Notes under the pieces: model-generated
What the model was told of the DNA's origin: nothing
Databases searched by the model: none
The model's input: only the letters and a program-made list of their open reading frames with translations
In this document: piece after piece, positions 1-8,333 of the stretch
How the letters are laid out: each line of letters opens with the position of its first letter
Position numbering within the stretch: position 1 is the first letter of the stretch
Translations under genes and position numbers: made by a program
Source of the DNA: Verrucomicrobia bacterium UBA3869
Lineage (GTDB): Bacteria; Verrucomicrobiota; Verrucomicrobiia; Opitutales; UBA9783
Assembly: GCA_002392285.1 (NCBI GenBank)
Contig: DGGR01000034.1
Coordinates: 1 to 14,142, forward strand
DNA length: 14,142 bases
Direction of reading: 5' to 3'

Positions 1-1
1 G

Positions 2-1018
2 TTTGAATCGCGCGATGGCATTATTATTGTAGCTGCTACCAATCGACCGGATGTTTTGGATAATGCCTTGTTGCGTCCCGGACGCTTCGATCGCCAAATT
101 GTGTTGGATTTACCGGATATAAACGGTCGCCAATCTATTTTGGAGGTACATGCCCAAAAGATTAAGTTACACCCCACGGTTGATTTAAAGATTGTTGCGC
201 GTAATACCTCGGGTTATTCAGGTGCGGATTTGGCTAATTTGTTGAATGAAGCTGCTTTGTTGGCGACCCGTCGGGATCATAAATCGGTGGAACTGAGCGA
301 TTTAAGCGAGGCGCGCGATAAGATTTCCTTTGGCCGTGAACGTAAAAAGTTGATGGATGATAAGGATAAGAAACTAACGGCCTTTCATGAAGCGGGTCAT
401 GCGATTGTGCAAGCGATTGTTGATACAACCCACTTAATGCCGGTTCACAAGGTAACCATTGTTCCTCGTGGCCGTAGCTTGGGAAGTACCATGATGTTAC
501 CTGCAAAAGACATGTTAAATTATTCCAAAACCTACCTGTTAGGACAAATCTGTTGTGCTATGGGTGGGCGTATTGCTGAAGAATTGATATTTCAAGAGCC
601 AAGCAGTGGTGCTTCATCGGATATTCAAAATGCAACCGCGTTAGCGCGTCATATGGTATGCGATTGGGGAATGAGCGAATTAGGCCCTGTATGCTTCGAA
701 ATTAAGCCTGATTATACATTTATAGCCACTGAGGTGAGCCATGCCAATTACAGCGAACAAACAGCGCAGCAAATTGATCGTCAAATTGCTAAGATCATTC
801 AAGAGCAATATCAACGGGCTGCCCAGATTTTGAAGGAACATCAAAAAGAATTAGAGCTATTGGCTTCCATGCTTCAAAAGTATGAAACGTTGGATGGGCA
901 ATATGTGTACGAAATTGTTAACACGGGAACCTTGGATGAGACCCCGTTGTTGCAGACCCTTCAACCCGTTGCGAAGGAAGTTTCCGCGTTTGCCGCTGAT
1001 GATGCACATCCATTATGA
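2..1018 (+). CDS. ftsH: ATP-dependent zinc metalloprotease FtsH, C-terminal two-thirds. It is 5'-truncated by the window edge, and the frame is open from nt 2.
   Basis: Translation from nt 2 reads FESRDGIIIVAATNRPDVLDNALLRPGRFDRQI, which is the AAA+ second region of homology typical of FtsH. The HEAGHA zinc-binding HExxH motif of the M41 protease domain lies downstream (FHEAGHAIV). The stop TGA is at 1016-1018. The ORF-track start at 56 is only an internal TTG. Confidence 0.95.
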   Translation, partial: FESRDGIIIVAATNRPDVLDNALLRPGRFDRQIVLDLPDINGRQSILEVHAQKIKLHPTVDLKIVARNTSGYSGADLANLLNEAALLATRRDHKSVELSDLSEARDKISFGRERKKLMDDKDKKLTAFHEAGHAIVQAIVDTTHLMPVHKVTIVPRGRSLGSTMMLPAKDMLNYSKTYLLGQICCAMGGRIAEELIFQEPSSGASSDIQNATALARHMVCDWGMSELGPVCFEIKPDYTFIATEVSHANYSEQTAQQIDRQIAKIIQEQYQRAAQILKEHQKELELLASMLQKYETLDGQYVYEIVNTGTLDETPLLQTLQPVAKEVSAFAADDAHPL

Positions 1019-1620
1019 ACATTGATTCAAATTCAGCCGTTATTTGTACCTATGGGAATCCTATTTTGCGAAAACAAGCGCAGAAGGTTACCCAGTTTAA
1101 TTCGTCATTAGCTAATAAGGCTAAAGAGATGTTGCGTAAAATGTATATCGCTAACGGAATTGGATTGGCTGCTCCTCAAGCAGGAGAATTGATACAGCTA
1201 ATTGTTATTGATTTGCAACAGAAGGATAATAACGATCCCGTAACTTTGGATGATCGTACGGTTCCCTTAACGTTAATTCAACCGCTTGTGTTGGTAAATC
1301 CTAGCTATACTCCGTTAAGCGATATTCAAGACGCAAAAGAAGAGGGATGCTTGTCCTTGCCCAACGCACGAGGTACCGTTAAACGTTTTTTTGAAATTAG
1401 CCTCGATTATCAGGATCTGGAAGAGCAGCTTCATACACTTCGTTGTAATGATCTGTTGGCTCGATGCATTCAACATGAATGCGACCATTTAAATGGAGTT
1501 TTGTTTATTGACCATCTCTCTAAAGCAGAACGTCGTGAGCAACAAGCATGCTTAAACGACATTAAAGCGTTGGGGGGACAGGTTGATTATCGTGATAACT
1601 TAATGGCTCCTGAAGCATGA
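1015..1620 (+). CDS. def: Peptide deformylase
   Basis: All three canonical PDF motifs are present: GIGLAAPQ, EGCLSLP and HECDHLNG. The ATG overlaps the ftsH stop in an ATGA at 1015-1018. Confidence 0.93.
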   Translation: MNIDSNSAVICTYGNPILRKQAQKVTQFNSSLANKAKEMLRKMYIANGIGLAAPQAGELIQLIVIDLQQKDNNDPVTLDDRTVPLTLIQPLVLVNPSYTPLSDIQDAKEEGCLSLPNARGTVKRFFEISLDYQDLEEQLHTLRCNDLLARCIQHECDHLNGVLFIDHLSKAERREQQACLNDIKALGGQVDYRDNLMAPEA

Positions 1621-3500
1621 AATGGCTTATCCTAGGAATTGGTTGTGTCCTTAACCGAATACCAGAAACCATAGGCAACAAAATTTGTCGGTTTTTAGGT
1701 TGGGTTGTTTATCATACCTTAGGGAACAGACGACGCATTCTGCTGCAAAATTTATCCATTGTTTTCCCTGGTAAAAGTGATCAATGGTACCGTCATATAG
1801 CCAAGATTAACTGTGGTCGATGGGTAGAAACCGCATGGCTTTTCTTTGCAGCTTCCGGGTGGTCTGAAACACAAATTAAACGCCATATTACCCTTTCACA
1901 AAATTTGGTTAGGGCAATTGAAAACCGGAACAATAACCCTCATCCGACCATTGTACTACTGCCGCATTTAAATTTAATGGAAACCATGCTGTACATGCCA
2001 TGCGGCTCAAAGGAGTTTCCGGAAACGGTGCTGTTCTACCGTTCGTTTCGCCATAAAGCATTAACCAAGGCCATGCAAGCCTTACGCGAGCGATTGGGTA
2101 TCCATCTGGTTAACCGCAAAGAAGGGGTTGTGCCCTTAGAAGCCGTATTGGACAGAAACGGGGCGGTTTGTATCTTCTTTGACCAATCCGCAGGCGATGC
2201 AGGCTGTTTAACGACCTTTTGCGAACGATTGGCGTCCAGCACGCCCCTACCGGATTTGCTGGTGCATAAATTCCATGCAGACACCTTGATGGTTTATCCC
2301 AAACGCACCGGTTTTTTGCATGCGCACTTATGTATTGAAGAATTGGTTCCGTCGGAAGCTCCTTTGTCTTGCTTACTGAATGCTAACCGTTGGTTGGAAC
2401 ATAAACTGCATACCGAGCCGGAATTTTACGAAAATTGGCTTTGGTTGCATCGTCGTTGGAAAACCCAGTGTAAACCCGAATACCGCTTCCAAATCAACCA
2501 AAAACGCAATTGTTTGCCTGAAACGCTCCGTTATTTCAAATGGGATCAGTTGCCTCGAAGGATTCCTGTATGGGTTCGTCTGCCCAATTGGCTGGGGGAT
2601 TGCGTTATGACGTATCCGATTTTGACTGCTTTGCGTAAGGCGCGTCCGGATTTTTATCTCCATGCGGTGGTGAAACCCTCATTGGCACCCTTTATCCAGC
2701 GCTATTTCCCTTTTGATGCAATCCATTGCTTGCCTCAAAAGGAAGGTTTTGAGTATTGGAAATGTTTCCTTCATATCCGTTCAACCTACCCTGATGTTTG
2801 GATCAACTTTACCAACTCAATGCGCAGCGATATTGAAGCTTTTTGTTCGGGTGCCTTTCAACGCTTCGGATTGCAAAAAAATCACAGTCGTTGGCTATTG
2901 ACTCATACTTATCCTGGTTGTCCAACTCCAGGCGAACACCAAACGCGCTTATGGTACCGATTTATGCATCATTTTGGGTTAACGGTACCGCTTGCCAACG
3001 AACCGTATTATCCTGCGAAAAAATTAGGTGCGATTAACCGCTTTGCGTGTTTTTATGGTTCGGCCAATACGCATGAAAAACGTTGGCCTATTGCTCATTG
3101 GCAATCCCTGATTGAGCGCTTATTAAAGCATTATCCTAATGCCCAGTGTGTGTTGTTGGGAATGGAAAATGAGCGTGCGATGGGGCAGTCCATTATGCAA
3201 GCCGTTGGCTCATTAGGACGGGTTCAGGATTTAACGGGCAGTACGACCTTCGAAACCTTAGAACAAACGCTTTTATCCTGCGATTTCGTGATTGGTAATG
3301 ATTCCGGTGGCGCGCATATCAGCAACTTTTTAGGAGTTCCAACCTTTGTGTTGTTTGGCCCAACGGATCCTCAATGGGGCGGTCCATTCTTTAATGGTGC
3401 TACCTATTGTGTTCAATCTACCAATCTTACGATGCAGGATTTATCACCCACCACAGTCGGAGATGCCTGTATCGCTTGGATTGAGAAAAATAATAAGTAA
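1617..3500 (+). CDS. Fusion protein. The N-terminal part is an LpxL/HtrB-type lipid A late acyltransferase (about aa 1-285). The C-terminal part is a glycosyltransferase family 9 domain of ADP-heptose:LPS heptosyltransferase type (about aa 315-627).
   Basis: N-terminal half: a hydrophobic N-terminal anchor, an HX4E catalytic-type motif (LPHLNLME, nt 1965-1982), FFDQSAG, and the family-typical C-terminal W-LHRRWK. C-terminal half: RIPVWVRLPNWLGDCVMTYPILTALRKARPD (GT9 N-terminal signature) and GNDSGGAHISNFLGVPTFVLFGPTDP (GT9 nucleotide-sugar binding signature). This is one uninterrupted ORF. Its ATG overlaps the def stop in an ATGA at 1617-1620. Confidence 0.8.
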   Translation: MKWLILGIGCVLNRIPETIGNKICRFLGWVVYHTLGNRRRILLQNLSIVFPGKSDQWYRHIAKINCGRWVETAWLFFAASGWSETQIKRHITLSQNLVRAIENRNNNPHPTIVLLPHLNLMETMLYMPCGSKEFPETVLFYRSFRHKALTKAMQALRERLGIHLVNRKEGVVPLEAVLDRNGAVCIFFDQSAGDAGCLTTFCERLASSTPLPDLLVHKFHADTLMVYPKRTGFLHAHLCIEELVPSEAPLSCLLNANRWLEHKLHTEPEFYENWLWLHRRWKTQCKPEYRFQINQKRNCLPETLRYFKWDQLPRRIPVWVRLPNWLGDCVMTYPILTALRKARPDFYLHAVVKPSLAPFIQRYFPFDAIHCLPQKEGFEYWKCFLHIRSTYPDVWINFTNSMRSDIEAFCSGAFQRFGLQKNHSRWLLTHTYPGCPTPGEHQTRLWYRFMHHFGLTVPLANEPYYPAKKLGAINRFACFYGSANTHEKRWPIAHWQSLIERLLKHYPNAQCVLLGMENERAMGQSIMQAVGSLGRVQDLTGSTTFETLEQTLLSCDFVIGNDSGGAHISNFLGVPTFVLFGPTDPQWGGPFFNGATYCVQSTNLTMQDLSPTTVGDACIAWIEKNNK

Positions 3501-3680
3501 TTATTACCTATTACGGTTATCAATGGTTGAGCGTTGGGGTGCGAGGTTTTGATATAACCTAATGGCTTTAAAGAATTGATCGGTAACCCTATAACTACAA
3601 GAGGGTAGATTATTAGCACGTTTTATAAGTACTGATATCAATATCGCGTGCTCATATTGGGGATTTGAGATATGGGCTTT

Positions 3681-4136
3681 TTATAAATCTTTAAACGGGC
3701 GATAAAAGCGCTTGGCTTTGGGCGATATTGACGGATGAGATACGGAGGATACTTGCCTCCATTCATTTAAAAAGGATTCGGCAGATATCACGCAGCAGGG
3801 GTAGTTAAAAAGCGTATCTCTTAGGAGTAAATCATTGGTTACAACCGTTAAGGATGTGTGGGATCGAGCGGCTTGGCGTACCAAATTGAGGATAAGGCCA
3901 TCGGCATTAACACCGGGAGTACTGAATAATACGCGTATACGATGAACACCATCGGGCGTTCCAGACGGTAGATGGGCATCAAACACCACGGTTACTTGCT
4001 TCCCGTCTGCTGCAAATGGGCTAAGCCACGCAATGAAATGCTCTCGAGCTAATTCGAACGATAGCTCCTTGGGGATTTTCTTGAGCGCATGCATGACATT
4101 GTAACCGTCGAAAATCCAATGCGTGCGCCCTTCCAT
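3681..4136 (-). CDS. NYN-domain protein of the YacP/Rae1 family (predicted endoribonuclease)
   Basis: WIFDGYNVMH, VTVVFDAH, NADGLI and VVTNDLLL line up with the conserved blocks of Bacillus subtilis YacP/Rae1 (VDGYNMIG, VVFDAH, ADE.I, TSD). The size of 151 aa fits the family. Confidence 0.72.
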   Translation of the reverse strand: MEGRTHWIFDGYNVMHALKKIPKELSFELAREHFIAWLSPFAADGKQVTVVFDAHLPSGTPDGVHRIRVLFSTPGVNADGLILNLVRQAARSHTSLTVVTNDLLLRDTLFNYPCCVISAESFLNEWRQVSSVSHPSISPKAKRFYRPFKDL

Positions 4137-4152
4137 TGGTCAAAAGGATAGG

Positions 4153-5730
4153 CTAGTTAATTTCTGCTGCAATCAATTCCTGCGCAACAGCTTGGCTTTG
4201 TACCTGCTTGCGTTCAGCCAATAAACGGCTTGAAAAGGCCTTAAATTCAGCGCTTTTTACAAAATTTTGAGGTACTATTTTGTTTTTACAGAAGAAAAAC
4301 ACAACGGAATCTCCTATGCCGGTATATGCCCCGAACCATTGATTGTTTTTGAAACGCCCTAGGTCGTTGAGAAGCTCCAGTAATCCGTCACGGGTTAATA
4401 CCTTGGATAAGGATTGGAAATTCATATGCTCCATCGATAACACAATGGACTCCAAATGCATACTGTTTGCTTGGGCCTTTGTGGTGAGTAGATGTTTAAT
4501 TTGAATGATTTTTTGGGCAAATAGCTCCTGTTTTTTATCCTTTTTGATAGCTGCTAACACCGAGGGTCGAACGGAGGATAAATCAGGGATATAAGAAGGA
4601 ATAAATTTGTTCAAAACTAACAAACCGACTCCTTCGTTCAACGGGAATGGATCGCTTAAAAAATGTTCTTGGTTCAAATCAAACGCACGCGATAGAACCT
4701 CTTTGGATACCTGTGAACTTTGAGGATTATCCGTTTGAGCGTAAGGCGGAATAGCCATGCATTGAACCCCATAACTTTGGATCAATTGCTTCCACTCAGC
4801 GCTTCCTAAGGTAAGCGATTGTTCATAGACTTGGGTGGCTAATTGATTAGCGGCAGCGCCTGCTAATTGCTTGAGTTGTTCGGTTTCCCAGGCGGCTTTA
4901 ACCTTGCTTTTAATCGATGAAAAATCAGGTAGCGCGCCATTCACCTTAAATGCTTCGCTGTGTTGATTAAAATAGGTTGTTAAGGCTGCATCCGATGGCG
5001 TAGGCAATTGCGAACGATAGTGGTGGTTGTTAAACACCAATAGTGTTACATCTGCTTTTTGAGGTACTCGAAAGGCTTCTGAATGCTTTTGAAAATAGGC
5101 TTGTAGGTCTGCGTCACGGACAGCTTCGGGTACTTGCTCTTTGTTTTCAACGACCCAATAATCTAGATCATAAGTGGTTTTGAGGGTACGATAGGCCTGT
5201 TCTGCTTCTCCCGGCAACAGACTTCCTACGCCCTCTAAGGCGGATTGCAGTTGCTCGCATTGATAATCCTCAATCATGAGCGATTTGAGCAAGAACGGCA
5301 TAGTCCATGCCTTCAAAAATGCATTATATAAATCGGGCTGAAATTCCCCCTGTTCGTTCAAAAAGCGTTTGCGGGTTCTGATGAACGCTTGCAGTTGCTC
5401 ATCATTGGGTTCTGGAAGCCGCAAGTTTTGCGCTAAACTTAATAGCCAGAGGCGGTAAAAGAGGTACCCCGATGTAGCAGCCTGCCAGGCTCTATCGTCT
5501 GACTCCCCTTGTAAAATCAGGCTTTGCATGCTACGCACTGCCTGCTCTTGCAAGTCCTTACGGTCGCTCAAATCGTAACCGAACACCTTAAGGCTTTTTG
5601 TTTTGTGCCCACCGCTTAATCCTGGAGCGTTGCCGATGGTAAATACGAAGGGAACTATAATCACAATCAATAGGAATACGAACAACCACCGGCGGTTACG
5701 TTCCAGAAACTTTTGAATCGCGCTTAACAT
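4153..5730 (-). CDS. PpiD-like membrane-anchored periplasmic chaperone (SurA-N-like). The parvulin-like region is degenerate or not evident.
   Basis: The N-terminus MLSAIQKFLERNRRWLFVFLLIVIIVPFVFTIG is a short cytoplasmic tail plus a single TM helix, as in PpiD. A long, helix-rich, Q/E/L-rich periplasmic region follows. Only a weak parvulin-C-like stretch is visible (AFDLNQEHFLSDPFPLNEGVGLLVLNK). The call rests on architecture more than on motifs. Confidence 0.55.
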   Translation of the reverse strand: MLSAIQKFLERNRRWLFVFLLIVIIVPFVFTIGNAPGLSGGHKTKSLKVFGYDLSDRKDLQEQAVRSMQSLILQGESDDRAWQAATSGYLFYRLWLLSLAQNLRLPEPNDEQLQAFIRTRKRFLNEQGEFQPDLYNAFLKAWTMPFLLKSLMIEDYQCEQLQSALEGVGSLLPGEAEQAYRTLKTTYDLDYWVVENKEQVPEAVRDADLQAYFQKHSEAFRVPQKADVTLLVFNNHHYRSQLPTPSDAALTTYFNQHSEAFKVNGALPDFSSIKSKVKAAWETEQLKQLAGAAANQLATQVYEQSLTLGSAEWKQLIQSYGVQCMAIPPYAQTDNPQSSQVSKEVLSRAFDLNQEHFLSDPFPLNEGVGLLVLNKFIPSYIPDLSSVRPSVLAAIKKDKKQELFAQKIIQIKHLLTTKAQANSMHLESIVLSMEHMNFQSLSKVLTRDGLLELLNDLGRFKNNQWFGAYTGIGDSVVFFFCKNKIVPQNFVKSAEFKAFSSRLLAERKQVQSQAVAQELIAAEIN

Positions 5731-5743
5731 GAGGTTTTAACAG

Positions 5744-6862
5744 TTACCAAACGAATCGATCGCTTGCTTTTAAGGATTTTATATACGCCGTCAAAAGCTG
5801 TACGGTCCATTCAATATCCTTCAAACTTGTTAACTCATGCGGGGTATGCATGTAGCGCAAGGGAATGCTGACCAATCCGGTTGCAACACCTGCGCGTGCC
5901 ATTTGAATCGACCGCGCATCGGTACCGGTTGGACCTGATTCAGCCTCAATCTGATAAGGAATCTTTAAGGCTTTGGCACACGCTTCTAAGCGATCAAATA
6001 CCAATGGACAAATGTTGGGACCGCGAGCAATAATCGGCCCTGCCCCTAGTTTGAATTCACCTAAACGGTTACTGTCGCCATCAGGAAAATCCGTCGCATG
6101 TCCTACATCCACCGCAATACCTACATCAGCATCGGTTGCGTAAGCAGCGGTAATAGCTCCGCGCGTTCCAACCTCTTCTTGAGTGGTCGATACTGCCGTT
6201 ACGGAAGCCGCCAACTTCTTTTCTTTCGATAGCCGTCTTAAAACTTCTTGAACCACGTACGTACCGCCACGGTCATCAATGCCGCGAGCGCATAAAAATT
6301 CACCGCCCATGATAAAGGGTTCATTGTTATAAACAATGGCATCTCCAATCGATACACGCTTCAGAGCTTCTTCTTTCGAATGCGCTCCAATATCAATCCA
6401 TATGCTGGATAATTTCGGCAATTGCTTACGTTCTTCTGCGGTTAATAAGTGAATGGCACGGCGACCTGTTATTCCATCAACATAGCCATTTTTGGTTAAA
6501 ATGCGCACTTTTCGTCCGGATATTAGACCAACATCATGCCCTCCGATGGTATCAAAAAACAAAAACCCTTCTTTGTTGATATAACGGATGATAAAACCAA
6601 TTTCATCCATGTGTCCCATCAATACAACGCGTGGATTACCCTTGCCGTTGATGGTTGCTAGCCTGTTACCCAAGGCATCTGTTTTGAGCTCATCTGCAAC
6701 CGGCTTAATATAGCTTTCAATGACTCGCTGGGCTTCAAATTCGTAGCCAGAAGGTGATGATGCCCCTAGTAAATCAAGTAAAAATGCGTCCGCTTTAGGG
6801 AACTTTGTATGGTTGGCTTTCGTAGAGCTTTTAGAATTACGGGTGTGTTTTGCGGAATTCAT
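5744..6862 (-). CDS. M42 family metallo-aminopeptidase (FrvX/CelM/PepA-like)
   Basis: Family motifs present: LMGHMDEIGF, IDDRGG, QEEVGTRGA, and RYMHTPHE near the C-terminus. I place the start at the internal ATG at 6862 (MNSAKHTRNS...). The 37 codons upstream of it, to 6973, have no family counterpart. The start is uncertain, and 6973 is the longest possible ORF. Confidence 0.82.
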   Translation of the reverse strand: MNSAKHTRNSKSSTKANHTKFPKADAFLLDLLGASSPSGYEFEAQRVIESYIKPVADELKTDALGNRLATINGKGNPRVVLMGHMDEIGFIIRYINKEGFLFFDTIGGHDVGLISGRKVRILTKNGYVDGITGRRAIHLLTAEERKQLPKLSSIWIDIGAHSKEEALKRVSIGDAIVYNNEPFIMGGEFLCARGIDDRGGTYVVQEVLRRLSKEKKLAASVTAVSTTQEEVGTRGAITAAYATDADVGIAVDVGHATDFPDGDSNRLGEFKLGAGPIIARGPNICPLVFDRLEACAKALKIPYQIEAESGPTGTDARSIQMARAGVATGLVSIPLRYMHTPHELTSLKDIEWTVQLLTAYIKSLKASDRFVW

Positions 6863-7122
6863 AGGTAAACTAAGTGTAATCTGATGGGTTAGATTGTCAA
6901 GTGCGAGAAGGGAATCGGTTGTGCTTAGAGAGCGATCAATACAGTCACTAAATAAACGACAAAAGGCAATCATGCTGGGGTTGCGTTTGTGATCAATCCT
7001 TGCTTAATTCATTCCAAGAGCTTCATCCACAGCGAATCAAAGTTGAACAAGGAGCTAGCAAAAACATACGCGACCTCTTAGGTTTACGCATCCTGATGTT
7101 GGATTTTGTTGCCGAACCCATG

Positions 7123-7141
7123 CTCCTCCCTTAGGGAGGGG
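7123..7141 (+). promoter_or_regulatory. GC-rich 8-bp hairpin with a triloop (CTCCTCCC-TTA-GGGAGGGG). Its 3' arm is a Shine-Dalgarno-like GGGAGGGG located 6 nt upstream of a 5-codon mini-ORF (ATG 7148, MDKIF, TAG 7163-7165).
   Basis: Direct reading: 7123-7130 pairs with 7134-7141 (7 Watson-Crick pairs plus 1 G-U). No U-tract follows on either strand, so it is not a canonical intrinsic terminator. It lies in the leader of the aminotransferase operon. Its function is not established. Confidence 0.3.
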
Positions 7142-7185
7142 TAAAATATGGACAAAATCTTTTAGAAGTGTTAATCATTTTTTCA

Positions 7186-8310
7186 ATGAAAGAAATCCCT
7201 TATTTTCGGTATAATTACCTATATTCAGAATTTAAAAACGAGCTAGATCGAACCTTTAGCGAAACGCTTGGGAAGGGTGCTATCTTAGGACAGCAAGAAT
7301 TAAAGGATTTCGAACGAACTGTTGCTGATTTTTTAGGTGTTAAATACGCCATTGGAGTAGGAAATGGCACCTCTAGTTTGTTACTGATGACGCGGGTACT
7401 AGGTGTCCAAAAAGGCGATGAAGTGATTATACCGTCTCATACCTTTGTAGCAACTGCGGCTGCAGTTGCTTGGTGGGGGGCAACCCCTGTTTTGGTGGAT
7501 TGCGGCAACGATCATCTGCTAGATGTTGATAAAGTAGAAGCTGCTATTACGCCAAAAACGAAGGCTATTATCATTGCTCAGCTGAATGGTCGTACTGGGG
7601 AAATGGATCGCCTGCAGGCCATTGCCGACAAACACCATTTGGTGGTACTCGAGGATGCCGCTCAGGCTTTTGGTTCAAAATTCTTAAACCGTTGTGCGGG
7701 AACTTGGGGTATCATGGGCTCTTTTAGCTTCCATCCTGCAAAAACCCTAGGTGCGTTTGGCGATGGAGGTATGATTGTCACGCACGATGAGCAGCTGGCA
7801 CATAAGCTATTCTGTTTGCGCGACCATGGCCGCGATCCGCAAACCAACGAAGTGGTCGCTTGGGGCATCAATTCCCGTTTAGATAACGTACAGGCTGCTA
7901 TGTTATCGGTAAAATTTAGCCATTATAGCAAAACGATTCAACGGCGCCGCACGATTATGCAACGATATTGCGATCGCTTAGCAGGTGTGTCAGAAATAAC
8001 CATGCCACCTGCTCCTAATGCGAACGATGGACGCCATTATGATATTGCTCAAAACTGCGAAATAGAGGCAGAAAAGCGTGACGAATTGCGTAATTTCTTA
8101 AAGGAGAACGGAATTGGTACCCTACTCCCCTGGGGAGGGCGAGCACTTCACCAAATTCCTGCACTTCAAAGCAGCATGCATTTTGATCGGCATGCGTTAG
8201 CCCGAACAGAGTTGCTCTTTAAACGGTGTCTGATGCTTCCGCTCAATACGTCGGTTACCGATGATGAAGTGGATTATGTTTGCGATACGATTCTGAAATT
8301 TTATCGCTAA
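7186..8310 (+). CDS. DegT/DnrJ/EryC1/StrS-family PLP-dependent (sugar) aminotransferase
   Basis: MKEIPYF is a family-typical N-terminus. Also present are FERTVADFLGVKYAIGVGNGTSSLLL, VLEDAAQAFGS, and the Schiff-base lysine context SFHPAKTLGAFGDGGMIVT. I prefer ATG 7186 over the GTG at 7168 given in the ORF track. Confidence 0.9.
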   Translation: MKEIPYFRYNYLYSEFKNELDRTFSETLGKGAILGQQELKDFERTVADFLGVKYAIGVGNGTSSLLLMTRVLGVQKGDEVIIPSHTFVATAAAVAWWGATPVLVDCGNDHLLDVDKVEAAITPKTKAIIIAQLNGRTGEMDRLQAIADKHHLVVLEDAAQAFGSKFLNRCAGTWGIMGSFSFHPAKTLGAFGDGGMIVTHDEQLAHKLFCLRDHGRDPQTNEVVAWGINSRLDNVQAAMLSVKFSHYSKTIQRRRTIMQRYCDRLAGVSEITMPPAPNANDGRHYDIAQNCEIEAEKRDELRNFLKENGIGTLLPWGGRALHQIPALQSSMHFDRHALARTELLFKRCLMLPLNTSVTDDEVDYVCDTILKFYR

Positions 8311-8333
8311 AACCTTCGATTAGAGCTTAACCT

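Noticed and set aside
2036-3037. Several 60-96-aa ORFs in other frames within the LpxL-GT9 gene (2036-2284 minus, 2373-2663 minus, 2380-2610 plus, 2713-2901 plus, 2843-3037 plus).
   Set aside because: All are nested in a gene with strong domain signatures on both sides. None has motifs or a plausible start context. They do not indicate a frameshift, because the main frame is continuous.
3501-3680. A 180-bp convergent gap between the LPS fusion gene and the NYN gene. I searched it for intrinsic terminators, a tRNA or an sRNA.
   Set aside because: Only weak structures are present: AGCACG/CGTGCT (3615-3620 with 3647-3652, 26-nt loop) and ACCCT/AGGGT (about 3586-3606). Neither has an adjacent U-tract, and there is no tRNA-like T-arm or anticodon architecture. 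That is not enough to call a feature.
6863-6973. An N-terminal extension of the M42 peptidase ORF by 37 codons (MIAFCRLFSDCIDRSLSTTDSLLALDNLTHQITLSLP).
   Set aside because: M42 enzymes are cytoplasmic, and the family alignment begins near FLLDLLGASSPSGYE. The extension has no signal-peptide or family character. It is not fully excluded, so the start is flagged as uncertain.
7100-7125. GGGTTCGGC on the minus strand, which resembles a tRNA T-loop (GGTTCGA).
   Set aside because: The flanking bases do not form a T-stem, and no acceptor, D or anticodon arms can be drawn. It is not a tRNA.
7142-7147. TAAAAT as a sigma70 -10 box for the aminotransferase operon.
   Set aside because: The sequence 17 bp upstream (CATGCT, 7119-7124) is a poor -35 box, and the lineage's promoter consensus is unknown. 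A promoter cannot be placed from sequence alone.
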